Below are positions 1-12,600 of a stretch of 64,000 bases of DNA, one piece after another. The stretch's first letter is position 1; the number at the start of each line of letters is the position of its first letter. Origin of the DNA: Auanema rhodensis (lineage: Eukaryota; Animalia; Nematoda); contig OZ059894.1 in assembly GCA_964057225.1 (NCBI GenBank), forward strand, positions 4,588,001 to 4,652,000, given 5' to 3'. The notes beneath the pieces are model-generated. The model saw only the letters and a program-made list of their open reading frames with translations. It did not search any database and was not told the DNA's origin. The position numbers and the translations under genes were made by a program.

Positions 1-4
1 AGCA

Positions 5-32
5 ATGTTGAGTGTACATGGAAACTCAACAT
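5..32. repeat. Intra-monomer inverted repeat 1 (9-bp stem, 10-nt loop), present in nearly every monomer
   Basis: ATGTTGAGT (5-13) is the exact reverse complement of ACTCAACAT (24-32). Confidence 0.95.
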
Positions 33-115
33 ACACTAATGCATCATTTTTCAAACGATCATAACTAATTTTTGTATTAAGCTTTTCTCAATGTAGTATA
101 GTGCATTCGATGCGG

Positions 116-166
116 ATTTTTAAGCTGCGTCGATCTGTGTTATCAGATTTGCGCTAGCTTAAAAAT
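116..166. repeat. Intra-monomer inverted repeat 2 (51-nt imperfect hairpin)
   Basis: ATTTTTAAGCT (116-126) / AGCTTAAAAAT (156-166) perfect 11 bp. Inside it: GCG (127-129) / CGC (152-154) and ATCTG (133-137) / CAGAT (144-148) around loop TGTTAT. Confidence 0.95.
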
Positions 167-183
167 GCACCGAGATATCAACT

Positions 184-205
184 GATATAAGTTCACACTT
201 ATATC
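184..205. repeat. Intra-monomer inverted repeat 3 (9-bp stem, 4-nt loop)
   Basis: GATATAAGT (184-192) / ACTTATATC (197-205), loop TCAC. Also flanked by CGAG (171-174) / CTCG (206-209). Confidence 0.95.
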
Positions 206-279
206 CTCGATTTTCACCCTGAAGAATTAATTTTTTCGTTGAATAACATCGTCCATCGTCTTTGCCTTGAAAAATGGAA

Positions 280-351
280 TCTAAAAACATCTACTTTTTG
301 CTAAATTATTTTGAAATTTTTCGAAAAAATTTTTGTCAAAATGTTTTTGGA
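280..351. repeat. Intra-monomer inverted repeat 4 (nested AT-rich dyad)
   Basis: Perfect palindrome TTTTTCGAAAAA (317-328), flanked by ATTTTGA (308-314) / TCAAAAT (336-342) and by TCTAAAAACAT (280-290) / ATGTTTTTGGA (341-351, 10/11 match). Confidence 0.9.
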
Positions 352-3300
352 AGCAATGTTGAGTGTACATGGAAACTCAACATACACTAATGCATCATTT
401 TTCAAACGATCATAACTAATTTTTGTATCAAGCGTTTCTTAATGTAGTATAGTGCATTCGATGCGGATTTTTAAGCTGCGTCGATCTGTGTTATCAGATT
501 TGCGCTAGCTTAAAAATGCACCGAGATATCAACTGATATAAGTTCACACTTATATCCTCGATTTTCACCCTGAAGAATTAATTTTTTCGTTGAATAACAT
601 CGTCCATCGTCTTTGCCTTGAAAAATTGAATCTAAAAACATCTACTTTTTGCTAAATTATTTTGAAATTTTTCGAAAAAATTTTTGTCAAAATGTTTTTG
701 GAAGCAATGTTGAGTGTACATGGAAACTCAACATACACTAATGCATCATTTTTCAAACGATCATAACTAATTTTTGTATCAAGCGTTTCTTAATGTAGTA
801 TAGTGCATTCGATGCGGATTTTTAAGCTGCGTCGATCTGTGTTATCAGATTTGCGCTAGCTTAAAAATGCACCGAGATATCAACTGATATAAGTTCACAC
901 TTATATCCTCGATTTTCACCCTGAAGAATTAATTTTTTCGTTGAATAACATTGTCCATCGTCTTTGCCTTAAAAAAAGGAATCTAAAAACATCTACTTTT
1001 TGCTAAATTATTTTGAAATTTTTCGAAAAAATTTTTGTCAAAATGTTTTTAGAAGCAATGTTGAGTGTACATGGAAACTCAACATACACTAATGCATCAT
1101 TTTTCAAACGATCATAACTAATTTTTGTATCAAGTGTTTCTCAATGTAGTATAGTGCATTCGATGCGGATTTTTAAGCTGCGTCGATCTGTGTTATCAGA
1201 TTTGCGCTAGCTTAAAAATGCACCGAGATATCAACTGATAGAAGTTCACACTTATATCCTCGATTTTCACCCTGAAGAATTAATTTTTTCGTTGAATAAC
1301 ATTGTCCATCGTCTTTGCCTTGAAAAATGGAATCTAAAAACATCTACTTTTTGCTAAATTATTTTGAAATTTTTCGAAAAAATTTTTGTCAAAATGTTTT
1401 TGGAAGCAATGTTGAGTGTACATGGAAACTCAACATACACTAATGCATCATTTTTCAAACGATCATAACTAATTTTTGTATTAAGCGTTCTTCAATGTAG
1501 TATAGTGCATTCGATGCGGATTTTTAAGCTGCGTCGATCTGTGTTATCAGATTTGCGCTAGCTTAAAAATGCACCGAGATATCAACTGATATAAGTTCAC
1601 ACTTATATCCTCGATTTTCACCCTGAAGAATTAATTTTTTCGTTGAATAACATTGTCCATCGTCTTTGCCTTGAAAAAAGGAATCTAAAAACATCTACTT
1701 TTTGCTAAATTATTTTGAAATTTTTCGAAAAAATTTTTGTCAAAATGTTTTTGGAAGCAATGTTGAGTGTACATGGAAACTCAACATACACTAATGCATC
1801 ATTTTTCAAACGATCATAACTAATTTTTGTATCAAGCGTTTCTTAATGTAGTATAGTGCATTCGATCCGGATTTTTAAGCTGCGTCGATCTGTGTTATCA
1901 GATTTGCGCTAGCTTAAAAATGCACCGAGATATCAACTGATATAAGTTCACACTTATATCCTCGATTTTCACCCTGAAGAATTAATTTTTTCGTTGAATA
2001 ACATTGTCCATCGTCTTTGCCTTGAAAAATGGAATCTAAAAACATCTACTTTTTGCTAAATTATTTTGAAATTTTTCGAAAAAATTTTTGTCAAAATGTT
2101 TTTGGAAGCAATGTTGAGTGTACATGGAAACTCAACATACACTAATGCATCATTTTTCAAACGATCATAACTTATTTTTGTAACAAGCGTTTCTCAATGT
2201 AGTATAGTGCATTCGATGCGGATTTTTAAGCTGCGTCGATCTGTGTTATCAGATTTGCGCTAGCTTAAAAATGCACCGAGATATCAACTGATATAAGTTC
2301 ACACTTATATCCTCGATTTTCACCCTGAAGAATTAATTTTTTCGTTGAATAACATTGTCCATCGTCTTTGCCTTGAAAAAAGGAATCTAAAAACATCTAC
2401 TTTTTGCTAAATTATTTTGAAATTTTTTGAAAAAATTTTTGTCAAAATGTTTTTGGAAGCAATGTTTAGTGTACATGGAAACTCAACATACACTAATGCA
2501 TCATTTTTCAAACGATCATAACTAATTTTTGTATCAAGCGTTTTTTAATGTAGTATAGTGCATTCGATCCGGATTTTTAAGCTGCGTCGATCTGTGTTAT
2601 CAGATTTGCGCTAGCTTAAAAATGCACCGAGATATCAACTGATATAAGTTCACACTTATATCCTCGATTTTCACCCTGAAGAATTAATTTTTTCGTTGAA
2701 TAACATTGTCCATCGTCTTTGCCTTGAAAAATGGAATCTAAAAACATCTACTTTTTGCTAAATTATTTTGCAATTTTTCGAAAAAATTTTTGTCAAAATG
2801 TTTTTGGAAGCAATGTTGAGTGTACATGGAAACTCAACATACACTAATGCATCATTTTTCAAACGATCATAACTTATTTTTGTAACAAGCGTTTCTCAAT
2901 GTAGTATAGTGCATTCGATGCGGATTTTTAAGCTGCGTCGATCTGTGTTATCAGATTTGCGCTAGCTTAAAAATGCACCGAGATATCAACTGATATAAGT
3001 TCACACTTATATCCTCGATTTTCAACCTGAAGAATTAATTTTTTCGTTGAATAACATTGTCCATCGTCTTTGCCTCAAAAAATGGAATCTAAAAACATCT
3101 ACTTTTTGCTAAATTATTTTGAAATTTTTCGAAAAAATTTTTGTCAAAATGTTTTTGGAAGCAATGTTGAGTGTACATGGAAACTCAACATACACTAATG
3201 CATCATTTTTCAAACGATCATAACTAATTTTTGTATTAAGCGTTCTTCAATGTAGTATAGTGCATTCGATCCGGATTTTTAAGCTGCGTCGATCTGTGTT

Positions 3301-3861
3301 ATCAGATTTGCGCTAGCTTAAAAATGCACCGAGATATCAACTGATATAAGTTCACACTTATATCCTCGATTTTCACCCTGAAGAATTAATTTTTTCGTTG
3401 AATAACATTGTCCATCGTCTTTGCCTTGAAAAAAGGAATCTGAAAACATCTACTTTTTGCTAAATTATTTTGAAATTTTTCGAAAAAATTTTTGTCAAAA
3501 TGTTTTTGGAAGCAATGTTGAGTGTACATGGAAACTCAACATACACTAATGCATCATTTTTCAAACGATCATAACTAATTTTTGTATTAAGCTTTTCTCA
3601 ATGTAGTATAGTGCATTCGATGCGGATTTTTAAGCTGCGTCGATCTGTGTTATCAGATTTGCGCTAGCTTAAAAATGCACCGAGATATCAACTGATATAA
3701 GTTCACACTTATATCCTCGATTTTCACCCTGAAGAATTAATTTTTTCGTTGAATAACATCGTCCATCGTCTTTGCCTTGAAAAATGGAATCTAAAAACAT
3801 CTACTTTTTGCTAAATTATTTTGAAATTTTTCGAAAAAATTTTTGTCAAAATGTTTTTGGA

Positions 3862-6669
3862 AGCAATGTTGAGTGTACATGGAAACTCAACATACACTAA
3901 TGCATCATTTTTCAAACGATCATAACTAATTTTTGTATCAAGCGTTTCTTAATGTAGTATAGTGCATTCGATGCGGATTTTTAAGCTGCGTCGATCTGTG
4001 TTATCAGATTTGCGCTAGCTTAAAAATGCACCGAGATATCAACTGATATAAGTTCACACTTATATCCTCGATTTTCACCCTGAAGAATTAATTTTTTCGT
4101 TGAATAACATCGTCCATCGTCTTTGCCTTGAAAAATTGAATCTAAAAACATCTACTTTTTGCTAAATTATTTTGAAATTTTTCGAAAAAATTTTTGTCAA
4201 AATGTTTTTGGAAGCAATGTTGAGTGTACATGGAAACTCAACATACACTAATGCATCATTTTTCAAACGATCATAACTAATTTTTGTATCAAGCGTTTCT
4301 TAATGTAGTATAGTGCATTCGATGCGGATTTTTAAGCTGCGTCGATCTGTGTTATCAGATTTGCGCTAGCTTAAAAATGCACCGAGATATCAACTGATAT
4401 AAGTTCACACTTATATCCTCGATTTTCACCCTGAAGAATTAATTTTTTCGTTGAATAACATTGTCCATCGTCTTTGCCTTAAAAAAAGGAATCTAAAAAC
4501 ATCTACTTTTTGCTAAATTATTTTGAAATTTTTCGAAAAAATTTTTGTCAAAATGTTTTTGGAAGCAATGTTTAGTGTACATGGAAACTCAACATACACT
4601 AATGCATCATTTTTCAAACGATCATAACTAATTTTTGTATCAAGCGTTTTTTAATGTAGTATAGTGCATTCGATCCGGATTTTTAAGCTGCGTCGATCTG
4701 TGTTATCAGATTTGCGCTAGCTTAAAAATGCACCGAGATATCAACTGATATAAGTTCACACTTATATCCTCGATTTTCACCCTGAAGAATTAATTTTTTC
4801 GTTGAATAACATTGTCCATCGTCTTTGCCTTGAAAAATGGAATCTAAAAACATCTACTTTTTGCTAAATTATTTTGCAATTTTTCGAAAAAATTTTTGTC
4901 AAAATGTTTTTGGAAGCAATGTTGAGTGTACATGGAAACTCAACATACACTAATGCATCATTTTTCAAACGATCATAACTTATTTTTGTAACAAGCGTTT
5001 CTCAATGTAGTATAGTGCATTCGATGCGGATTTTTAAGCTGCGTCGATCTGTGTTATCAGATTTGCGCTAGCTTAAAAATGCACCGAGATATCAACTGAT
5101 ATAAGTTCACACTTATATCCTCGATTTTCACCCTGAAGAATTAATTTTTTCGTTGAATAACATTGTCCATCGTCTTTGCCTTGAAAAATGGAATCTAAAA
5201 ACATCTACTTTTTGCTAAATTATTTTGAAATTTTTCGAAAAAATTTTTGTCAAAATGTTTTTGGAAGCAATGTTGAGTGTACATGGAAACTCAACATACA
5301 CTAATGCATCATTTTTCAAACGATCATAACTAATTTTTGTATCAAGCGTTTCTTAATGTAGTATAGTGCATTCGATGCGGATTTTTAAGCTGCGTCGATC
5401 TGTGTTATCAGATTTGCGCTAGCTTAAAAATGCACCGAGATATCAACTGATATAAGTTCACACTTATATCCTCGATTTTCACCCTGAAGAATTAATTTTT
5501 TCGTTGAATAACATCGTCCATCGTCTTTGCCTTGAAAAATTGAATCTAAAAACATCTACTTTTTGCTAAATTATTTTGAAATTTTTCGAAAAAATTTTTG
5601 TCAAAATGTTTTTGGAAGCAATGTTGAGTGTACATGGAAACTCAACATACACTAATGCATCATTTTTCAAACGATCATAACTAATTTTTGTATCAAGCGT
5701 TTCTTAATGTAGTATAGTGCATTCGATGCGGATTTTTAAGCTGCGTCGATCTGTGTTATCAGATTTGCGCTAGCTTAAAAATGCACCGAGATATCAACTG
5801 ATATAAGTTCACACTTATATCCTCGATTTTCACCCTGAAGAATTAATTTTTTCGTTGAATAACATTGTCCATCGTCTTTGCCTTAAAAAAAGGAATCTAA
5901 AAACATCTACTTTTTGCTAAATTATTTTGAAATTTTTCGAAAAAATTTTTGTCAAAATGTTTTTGGAAGCAATGTTTAGTGTACATGGAAACTCAACATA
6001 CACTAATGCATCATTTTTCAAACGATCATAACTAATTTTTGTATCAAGCGTTTTTTAATGTAGTATAGTGCATTCGATCCGGATTTTTAAGCTGCGTCGA
6101 TCTGTGTTATCAGATTTGCGCTAGCTTAAAAATGCACCGAGATATCAACTGATATAAGTTCACACTTATATCCTCGATTTTCACCCTGAAGAATTAATTT
6201 TTTCGTTGAATAACATTGTCCATCGTCTTTGCCTTGAAAAATGGAATCTAAAAACATCTACTTTTTGCTAAATTATTTTGCAATTTTTCGAAAAAATTTT
6301 TGTCAAAATGTTTTTGGAAGCAATGTTGAGTGTACATGGAAACTCAACATACACTAATGCATCATTTTTCAAACGATCATAACTTATTTTTGTAACAAGC
6401 GTTTCTCAATGTAGTATAGTGCATTCGATGCGGATTTTTAAGCTGCGTCGATCTGTGTTATCAGATTTGCGCTAGCTTAAAAATGCACCGAGATATCAAC
6501 TGATATAAGTTCACACTTATATCCTCGATTTTCACCCTGAAGAATTAATTTTTTCGTTGAATAACATTGTCCATCGTCTTTGCCTTGAAAAAAGGAATCT
6601 AAAAACATCTACTTTTTGCTAAATTATTTTGAAATTTTTCGAAAAAATTTTTGTCAAAATGTTTTTGGA
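3862..6669. repeat. Local higher-order duplication, 4-monomer unit (1404 bp) x2
   Basis: Marker order AAAATTGAA; CCTTAAAAAAAGG; ATGTTTAGT+TTGCAATT; ACTTATTTTTGTAAC occurs in 3862-5265 and again in 5266-6669. Confidence 0.85.
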
Positions 6670-9600
6670 AGCAATGTTGAGTGTACATGGAAACTCAACA
6701 TACACTAATGCATCATTTTTCAAACGATCATAACTAATTTTTGTATCAAGCGTTTCTTAATGTAGTATAGTGCATTCGATGCGGATTTTTAAGCTGCGTC
6801 GATCTGTGTTATCAGATTTGCGCTAGCTTAAAAATGCACCGAGATATCAACTGATATAAGTTCACACTTATATCCTCGATTTTCTACCTGAAGAATTAAT
6901 TTTTTCGTTGAATAACATTGTCCATCGTCTTTGCCTTGAAAAATGGAATCTAAAAACATCTACTTTTTGCTAAATTATTTTGAAATTTTTCGAAAAAATT
7001 TTTGTCAAAATGTTTTTGGAAGCAATGTTGAGTGTACATGGAAACTCAACATACACTAATGCATCATTTTTCAAACGATCATAACTAATTTTTGTATCAA
7101 GCGTTTCTTAATGTAGTATAGTGCATTCGATGCGGATTTTTAAGCTGCGTCGATCTGTGTTATCAGATTTGCGCTAGCTTAAAAATGCACCGAGATATCA
7201 ACTGATATAAGTTCACACTTATATCCTCGATTTTCACCCTGAAGAATTAATTTTTTCGTTGAATAACATCGTCCATCGTCTTTGCCTTGAAAAATGGAAT
7301 CTAAAAACATCTACTTTTTGCTAAATTATTTTGAAATTTTTCGAAAAAATTTTTGTCAAAATGTTTTTGGAAGCAATGTTGAGTGTACATGGAAACTCAA
7401 CATACACTAATGCATCATTTTTCAAACGATCATAACTAATTTTTGTATCAAGCGTTTCTTAATGTAGTATAGTGCATTCGATGCGGATTTTTAAGCTGCG
7501 TCGATCTGTGTTATCAGATTTGCGCTAGCTTAAAAATGCACCGAGATATCAACTGATATAAGTTCACACTTATATCCTCGATTTTCTACCTGAAGAATTA
7601 ATTTTTTCGTTGAATAACATTGTCCATCGTCTTTGCCTTGAAAAATGGAATCTAAAAACATCTACTTTTTGCTAAATTATTTTGAAATTTTTCGAAAAAA
7701 TTTTTGTCAAAATGTTTTTGGAAGCAATGTTGAGTGTACATGGAAACTCAACATACACTAATGCATCATTTTTCAAACGATCATAACTAATTTTTGTATT
7801 AAGCGTTTCTCAATGTAGTATAGTGCATTCGATGCGGATTTTTAAGCTGCGTCGATCTGTGTTATCAGATTTGCGCTAGCTTAAAAATGCACCGAGATAT
7901 CAACTGATATAAGTTCACACTTATATCCTCGATTTTCACCCTGAAGAATTAATTTTTTCGTTGAATAACATTGTCCATCGTCTTTGCCTTGAAAAAAGGA
8001 ATCTAAAAACATCTACTTTTTGCTAAATTATTTTGAAATTTTTCGAAAAAATTTTTGTCAAAATGTTTTTGGAAGCAATGTTTAGTGTACATGGAAACTC
8101 AACATACACTAATGCATCATTTTTCAAACGATCATAACTAATTTTTGTATCGAGCGTTTTTTAATGTAGTATAGTGCATTCGATCCGGATTTTTAAGCTG
8201 CGTCGATCTGTGTTATCAGATTTGCGCTAGCTTAAAAATGCACCGAGATATCAACTGATATAAGTTCACACTTATATCCTCGATTTTCACCCTGAAGAAT
8301 TAATTTTTTCGTTGAATAACATTGTCCATCGTCTTTGCCTTGAAAAATGGAATCTAAAAACATCTACTTTTTGCTAAATTATTTTGAAATTTTTCGAAAA
8401 AATTTTTGTCAAAATGTTTTTGGAAGCAATGTTGAGTGTACATGGAAACTCAACATACACTAATGCATCATTTTTCAAACGATCATAACTAATTTTTGTA
8501 TCAAGCGTTTCTTAATGTAGTATAGTGCATTCGATGCGGATTTTTAAGCTGCGTCGATCTGTGTTATCAGATTTGCGCTAGCTTAAAAATGCACCGAGAT
8601 ATCAACTGATATAAGTTCACACTTATATCCTCGATTTTCTACCTGAAGAATTAATTTTTTCGTTGAATAACATTGTCCATCGTCTTTGCCTTGAAAAATG
8701 GAATCTAAAAACATCTACTTTTTGCTAAATTATTTTGAAATTTTTCGAAAAAATTTTTGTCAAAATGTTTTTGGAAGCAATGTTGAGTGTACATGGAAAC
8801 TCAACATACACTAATGCATCATTTTTCAAACGATCATAACTTATTTTTGTAACAAGCGTTTCTCAATGTAGTATAGTGCATTCGATGCGGATTTTTAAGC
8901 TGCGTCGATCTGTGTTATCAGATTTGCGCTAGCTTAAAAATGCACCGAGATATCAACTGATATAAGTTCACACTTATATCCTCGATTTTCACCCTGAAGA
9001 ATTAATTTTTTCGTTGAATAACATTGTCCATCGTCTTTGCCTTGAAAAAAGGAATCTAAAAACATCTACTTTTTGCTAAATTATTTTGAAATTTTTCGAA
9101 AAAATTTTTGTCAAAATGTTTTTGGAAGCAATGTTTAGTGTACATGGAAACTCAACATACACTAATGCATCATTTTTCAAACGATCATAACTAATTTCTG
9201 TATCAAGCGTTTTTTAATGTAGTATAGTGCATTCGATCCGGATTTTTAAGCTGCGTCGATCTGTGTTATCAGATTTGCGCTAGCTTAAAAATGCACCGAG
9301 ATATCAACTGATATAAGTTCACACTTATATCCTCGATTTTCACCCTGAAGAATTAATTTTTTCGTTGAATAACATTGTCCATCGTCTTTGCCTTGAAAAA
9401 TGGAATCTAAAAACATCTACTTTTTGCTAAATTATTTTGCAATTTTTCGAAAAAATTTTTGTCAAAATGTTTTTGGAAGCAATGTTGAGTGTACATGGAA
9501 ACTCAACATACACTAATGCATCATTTTTCAAACGATCATAACTTATTTTTGTAACAAGCGTTTCTCAATGTAGTATAGTGCATTCGATGCGGATTTTTAA

Positions 9601-12600
9601 GCTGCGTCGATCTGTGTTATCAGATTTGCGCTAGCTTAAAAATGCACCGAGATATCAACTGATATAAGTTCACACTTATATCCTCGATTTTCAACCTGAA
9701 GAATTAATTTTTTCGTTGAATAACATTGTCCATCGTCTTTGCCTTAAAAAATGGAATCTAAAAACATCTACTTTTTGCTAAATTATTTTGAAATTTTTCG
9801 AAAAAATTTTTGTCAAAATGTTTTTGGAAGCAATGTTGAGTGTACATGGAAACTCAACATACACTAATGCATCATTTTTCAAACGATCATAACTAATTTT
9901 TGTATTAAGCGTTCTTCAATGTAGTATAGTGCATTCGATCCGGATTTTTAAGCTGCGTCGATCTGTGTTATCAGATTTGCGCTAGCTTAAAAATGCACCG
10001 AGATATCAACTGATATAAGTTCACACTTATATCCTCGATTTTCACCCTGAAGAATTAATTTTTTCGTTGAATAACATTGTCCATCGTCTTTGCCTTGAAA
10101 AAAGGAATCTGAAAACATCTACTTTTTGCTAAATTATTTTGAAATTTTTCGAAAAAATTTTTGTCAAAATGTTTTTGGAAGCAATGTTGAGTGTACATGG
10201 AAACTCAACATACACTAATGCATCATTTTTCAAACGATCATAACTAATTTTTGTATTAAGCGTTTCTCAATGTAGTATAGTGCATTCGATGCGGATTTTT
10301 AAGCTGCGTCGATCTGTGTTATCAGATTTGCGCTAGCTTAAAAATGCACCGAGATATCAACTGATATAAGTTCACACTTATATCCTCGATTTTCAACCTG
10401 AAGAATTAATTTTTTCGTTGAATAACATTGTCCATCGTCTTTGCCTTAAAAAATGGAATCTAAAAACATCTACTTTTTGCTAAATTATTTTGAAATTTTT
10501 CGAAAAAATTTTTGTCAAAATGTTTTTGGAAGCAATGTTGAGTGTACATGGAAACTCAACATACACTAATGCATCATTTTTCAAACGATCATAACTAATT
10601 TTTGTATTAAGCGTTCTTCAATGTAGTATAGTGCATTCGATCCGGATTTTTAAGCTGCGTCGATCTGTGTTATCAGATTTGCGCTAGCTTAAAAATGCAC
10701 CGAGATATCAACTGATATAAGTTCACACTTATATCCTCGATTTTCACCCTGAAGAATTAATTTTTTCGTTGAATAACATTGTCCATCGTCTTTGCCTTGA
10801 AAAAAGGAATCTGAAAACATCTACTTTTTGCTAAATTATTTTGAAATTTTTCGAAAAAATTTTTGTCAAAATGTTTTTGGAAGCAATGTTGAGTGTACAT
10901 GGAAACTCAACATACACTAATGCATCATTTTTCAAACGATCATAACTAATTTTTGTATTAAGCTTTTCTCAATGTAGTATAGTGCATTCGATGCGGATTT
11001 TTAAGCTGCGTCGATCTGTGTTATCAGATTTGCGCTAGCTTAAAAATGCACCGAGATATCAACTGATATAAGTTCACACTTATATCCTCGATTTTCACCC
11101 TGAAGAATTAATTTTTTCGTTGAATAACATCGTCCATCGTCTTTGCCTTGAAAAATGGAATCTAAAAACATCTACTTTTTGCTAAATTATTTTGAAATTT
11201 TTCGAAAAAATTTTTGTCAAAATGTTTTTGGAAGCAATGTTGAGTGTACATGGAAACTCAACATACACTAATGCATCATTTTTCAAACGATCATAACTAA
11301 TTTTTGTATCAAGCGTTTCTTAATGTAGTATAGTGCATTCGATGCGGATTTTTAAGCTGCGTCGATCTGTGTTATCAGATTTGCGCTAGCTTAAAAATGC
11401 ACCGAGATATCAACTGATATAAGTTCACACTTATATCCTCGATTTTCTACCTGAAGAATTAATTTTTTCGTTGAATAACATTGTCCATCGTCTTTGCCTT
11501 AAAAAATGGAATCTAAAAACATCTACTTTTTGCTAAATTATTTTGAAATTTTTCGAAAAAATTTTTGTCAAAATGTTTTTGGAAGCAATGTTGAGTGTAC
11601 ATGGAAACTCAACATACACTAATGCATCATTTTTCAAACGATCATAACTAATTTTTGTATTAAGCTTTTCTCAATGTAGTATAGTGCATTCGATCCGGAT
11701 TTTTAAGCTGCGTCGATCTGTGTTATCAGATTTGCGCTAGCTTAAAAATGCACCGAGATATCAACTGATATAAGTTCACACTTATATCCTCGATTTTCAC
11801 CCTGAAGAATTAATTTTTTCGTTGAATAACATTGTCCATCGTCTTTGCCTTGAAAAAAGGAATCTGAAAACATCTACTTTTTGCTAAATTATTTTGAAAT
11901 TTTTCGAAAAAATTTTTGTCAAAATGTTTTTGGAAGCAATGTTGAGTGTACATGGAAACTCAACATACACTAATGCATCATTTTTCAAACGATCATAACT
12001 AATTTTTGTATTAAGCTTTTCTCAATGTAGTATAGTGCATTCGATGCGGATTTTTAAGCTGCGTCGATCTGTGTTATCAGATTTGCGCTAGCTTAAAAAT
12101 GCACCGAGATATCAACTGATATAAGTTCACACTTATATCCTCGATTTTCACCCTGAAGAATTAATTTTTTCGTTGAATAACATCGTCCATCGTCTTTGCC
12201 TTGAAAAATGGAATCTAAAAACATCTACTTTTTGCTAAATTATTTTGAAATTTTTCGAAAAAATTTTTGTCAAAATGTTTTTGGAAGCAATGTTGAGTGT
12301 ACATGGAAACTCAACATACACTAATGCATCATTTTTCAAACGATCATAACTAATTTTTGTATTAAGCTTTTCTCAATGTAGTATAGTGCATTCGATGCGG
12401 ATTTTTAAGCTGCGTCGATCTGTGTTATCAGATTTGCGCTAGCTTAAAAATGCACCGAGATATCAACTGATATAAGTTCACACTTATATCCTCGATTTTC
12501 ACCCTGAAGAATTAATTTTTTCGTTGAATAACATTGTCCATCGTCTTTGCCTTGAAAAAAGGAATCTGAAAACATCTACTTTTTGCTAAATTATTTTGAA

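Larger units (their letters stand above)
1..351. repeat. Representative monomer (phase arbitrary), ~31% GC, A/T-tract rich
   Basis: 110 G+C of 351 by manual count. Near-constant sites per monomer: TGTACA (13-18), ATGCAT (39-44), GCTAGC (153-158), GATATC (174-179), TTCGAA (320-325). Confidence 0.98.

Noticed and set aside
184-236. Rho-independent terminators or promoter boxes
   Set aside because: The stems are AT-rich, there is no gene context, and such motifs arise by chance in 69% AT repeats.
234-250. CENP-B-box-like TTTCGTTGAA
   Set aside because: It matches only the TTCG....A part of NTTCGNNNNANNCGGGN. The essential CGGG is absent.
1-351. Tandem 5S rRNA, tRNA, snRNA or spliced-leader gene unit
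   Set aside because: I see no recognisable 5S, tRNA cloverleaf, Pol III A/B box or SL sequence. An Infernal/Rfam scan would be the decisive test.
1-351. Assignment to a named satellite (Drosophila 359-bp/1.688, or tenebrionid 340-360-bp families)
   Set aside because: Only length and AT content are similar. I do not recognise sequence identity and cannot run a search.
6884-6890. Apparent multinucleotide mutations (TTCTACCT, GTTCTTC, TTGTTTT) as template-switch events
   Set aside because: Single-step intermediates exist elsewhere in the array (TTCAACCT, GTTTTTC, TTGCTTT), so stepwise mutation suffices.
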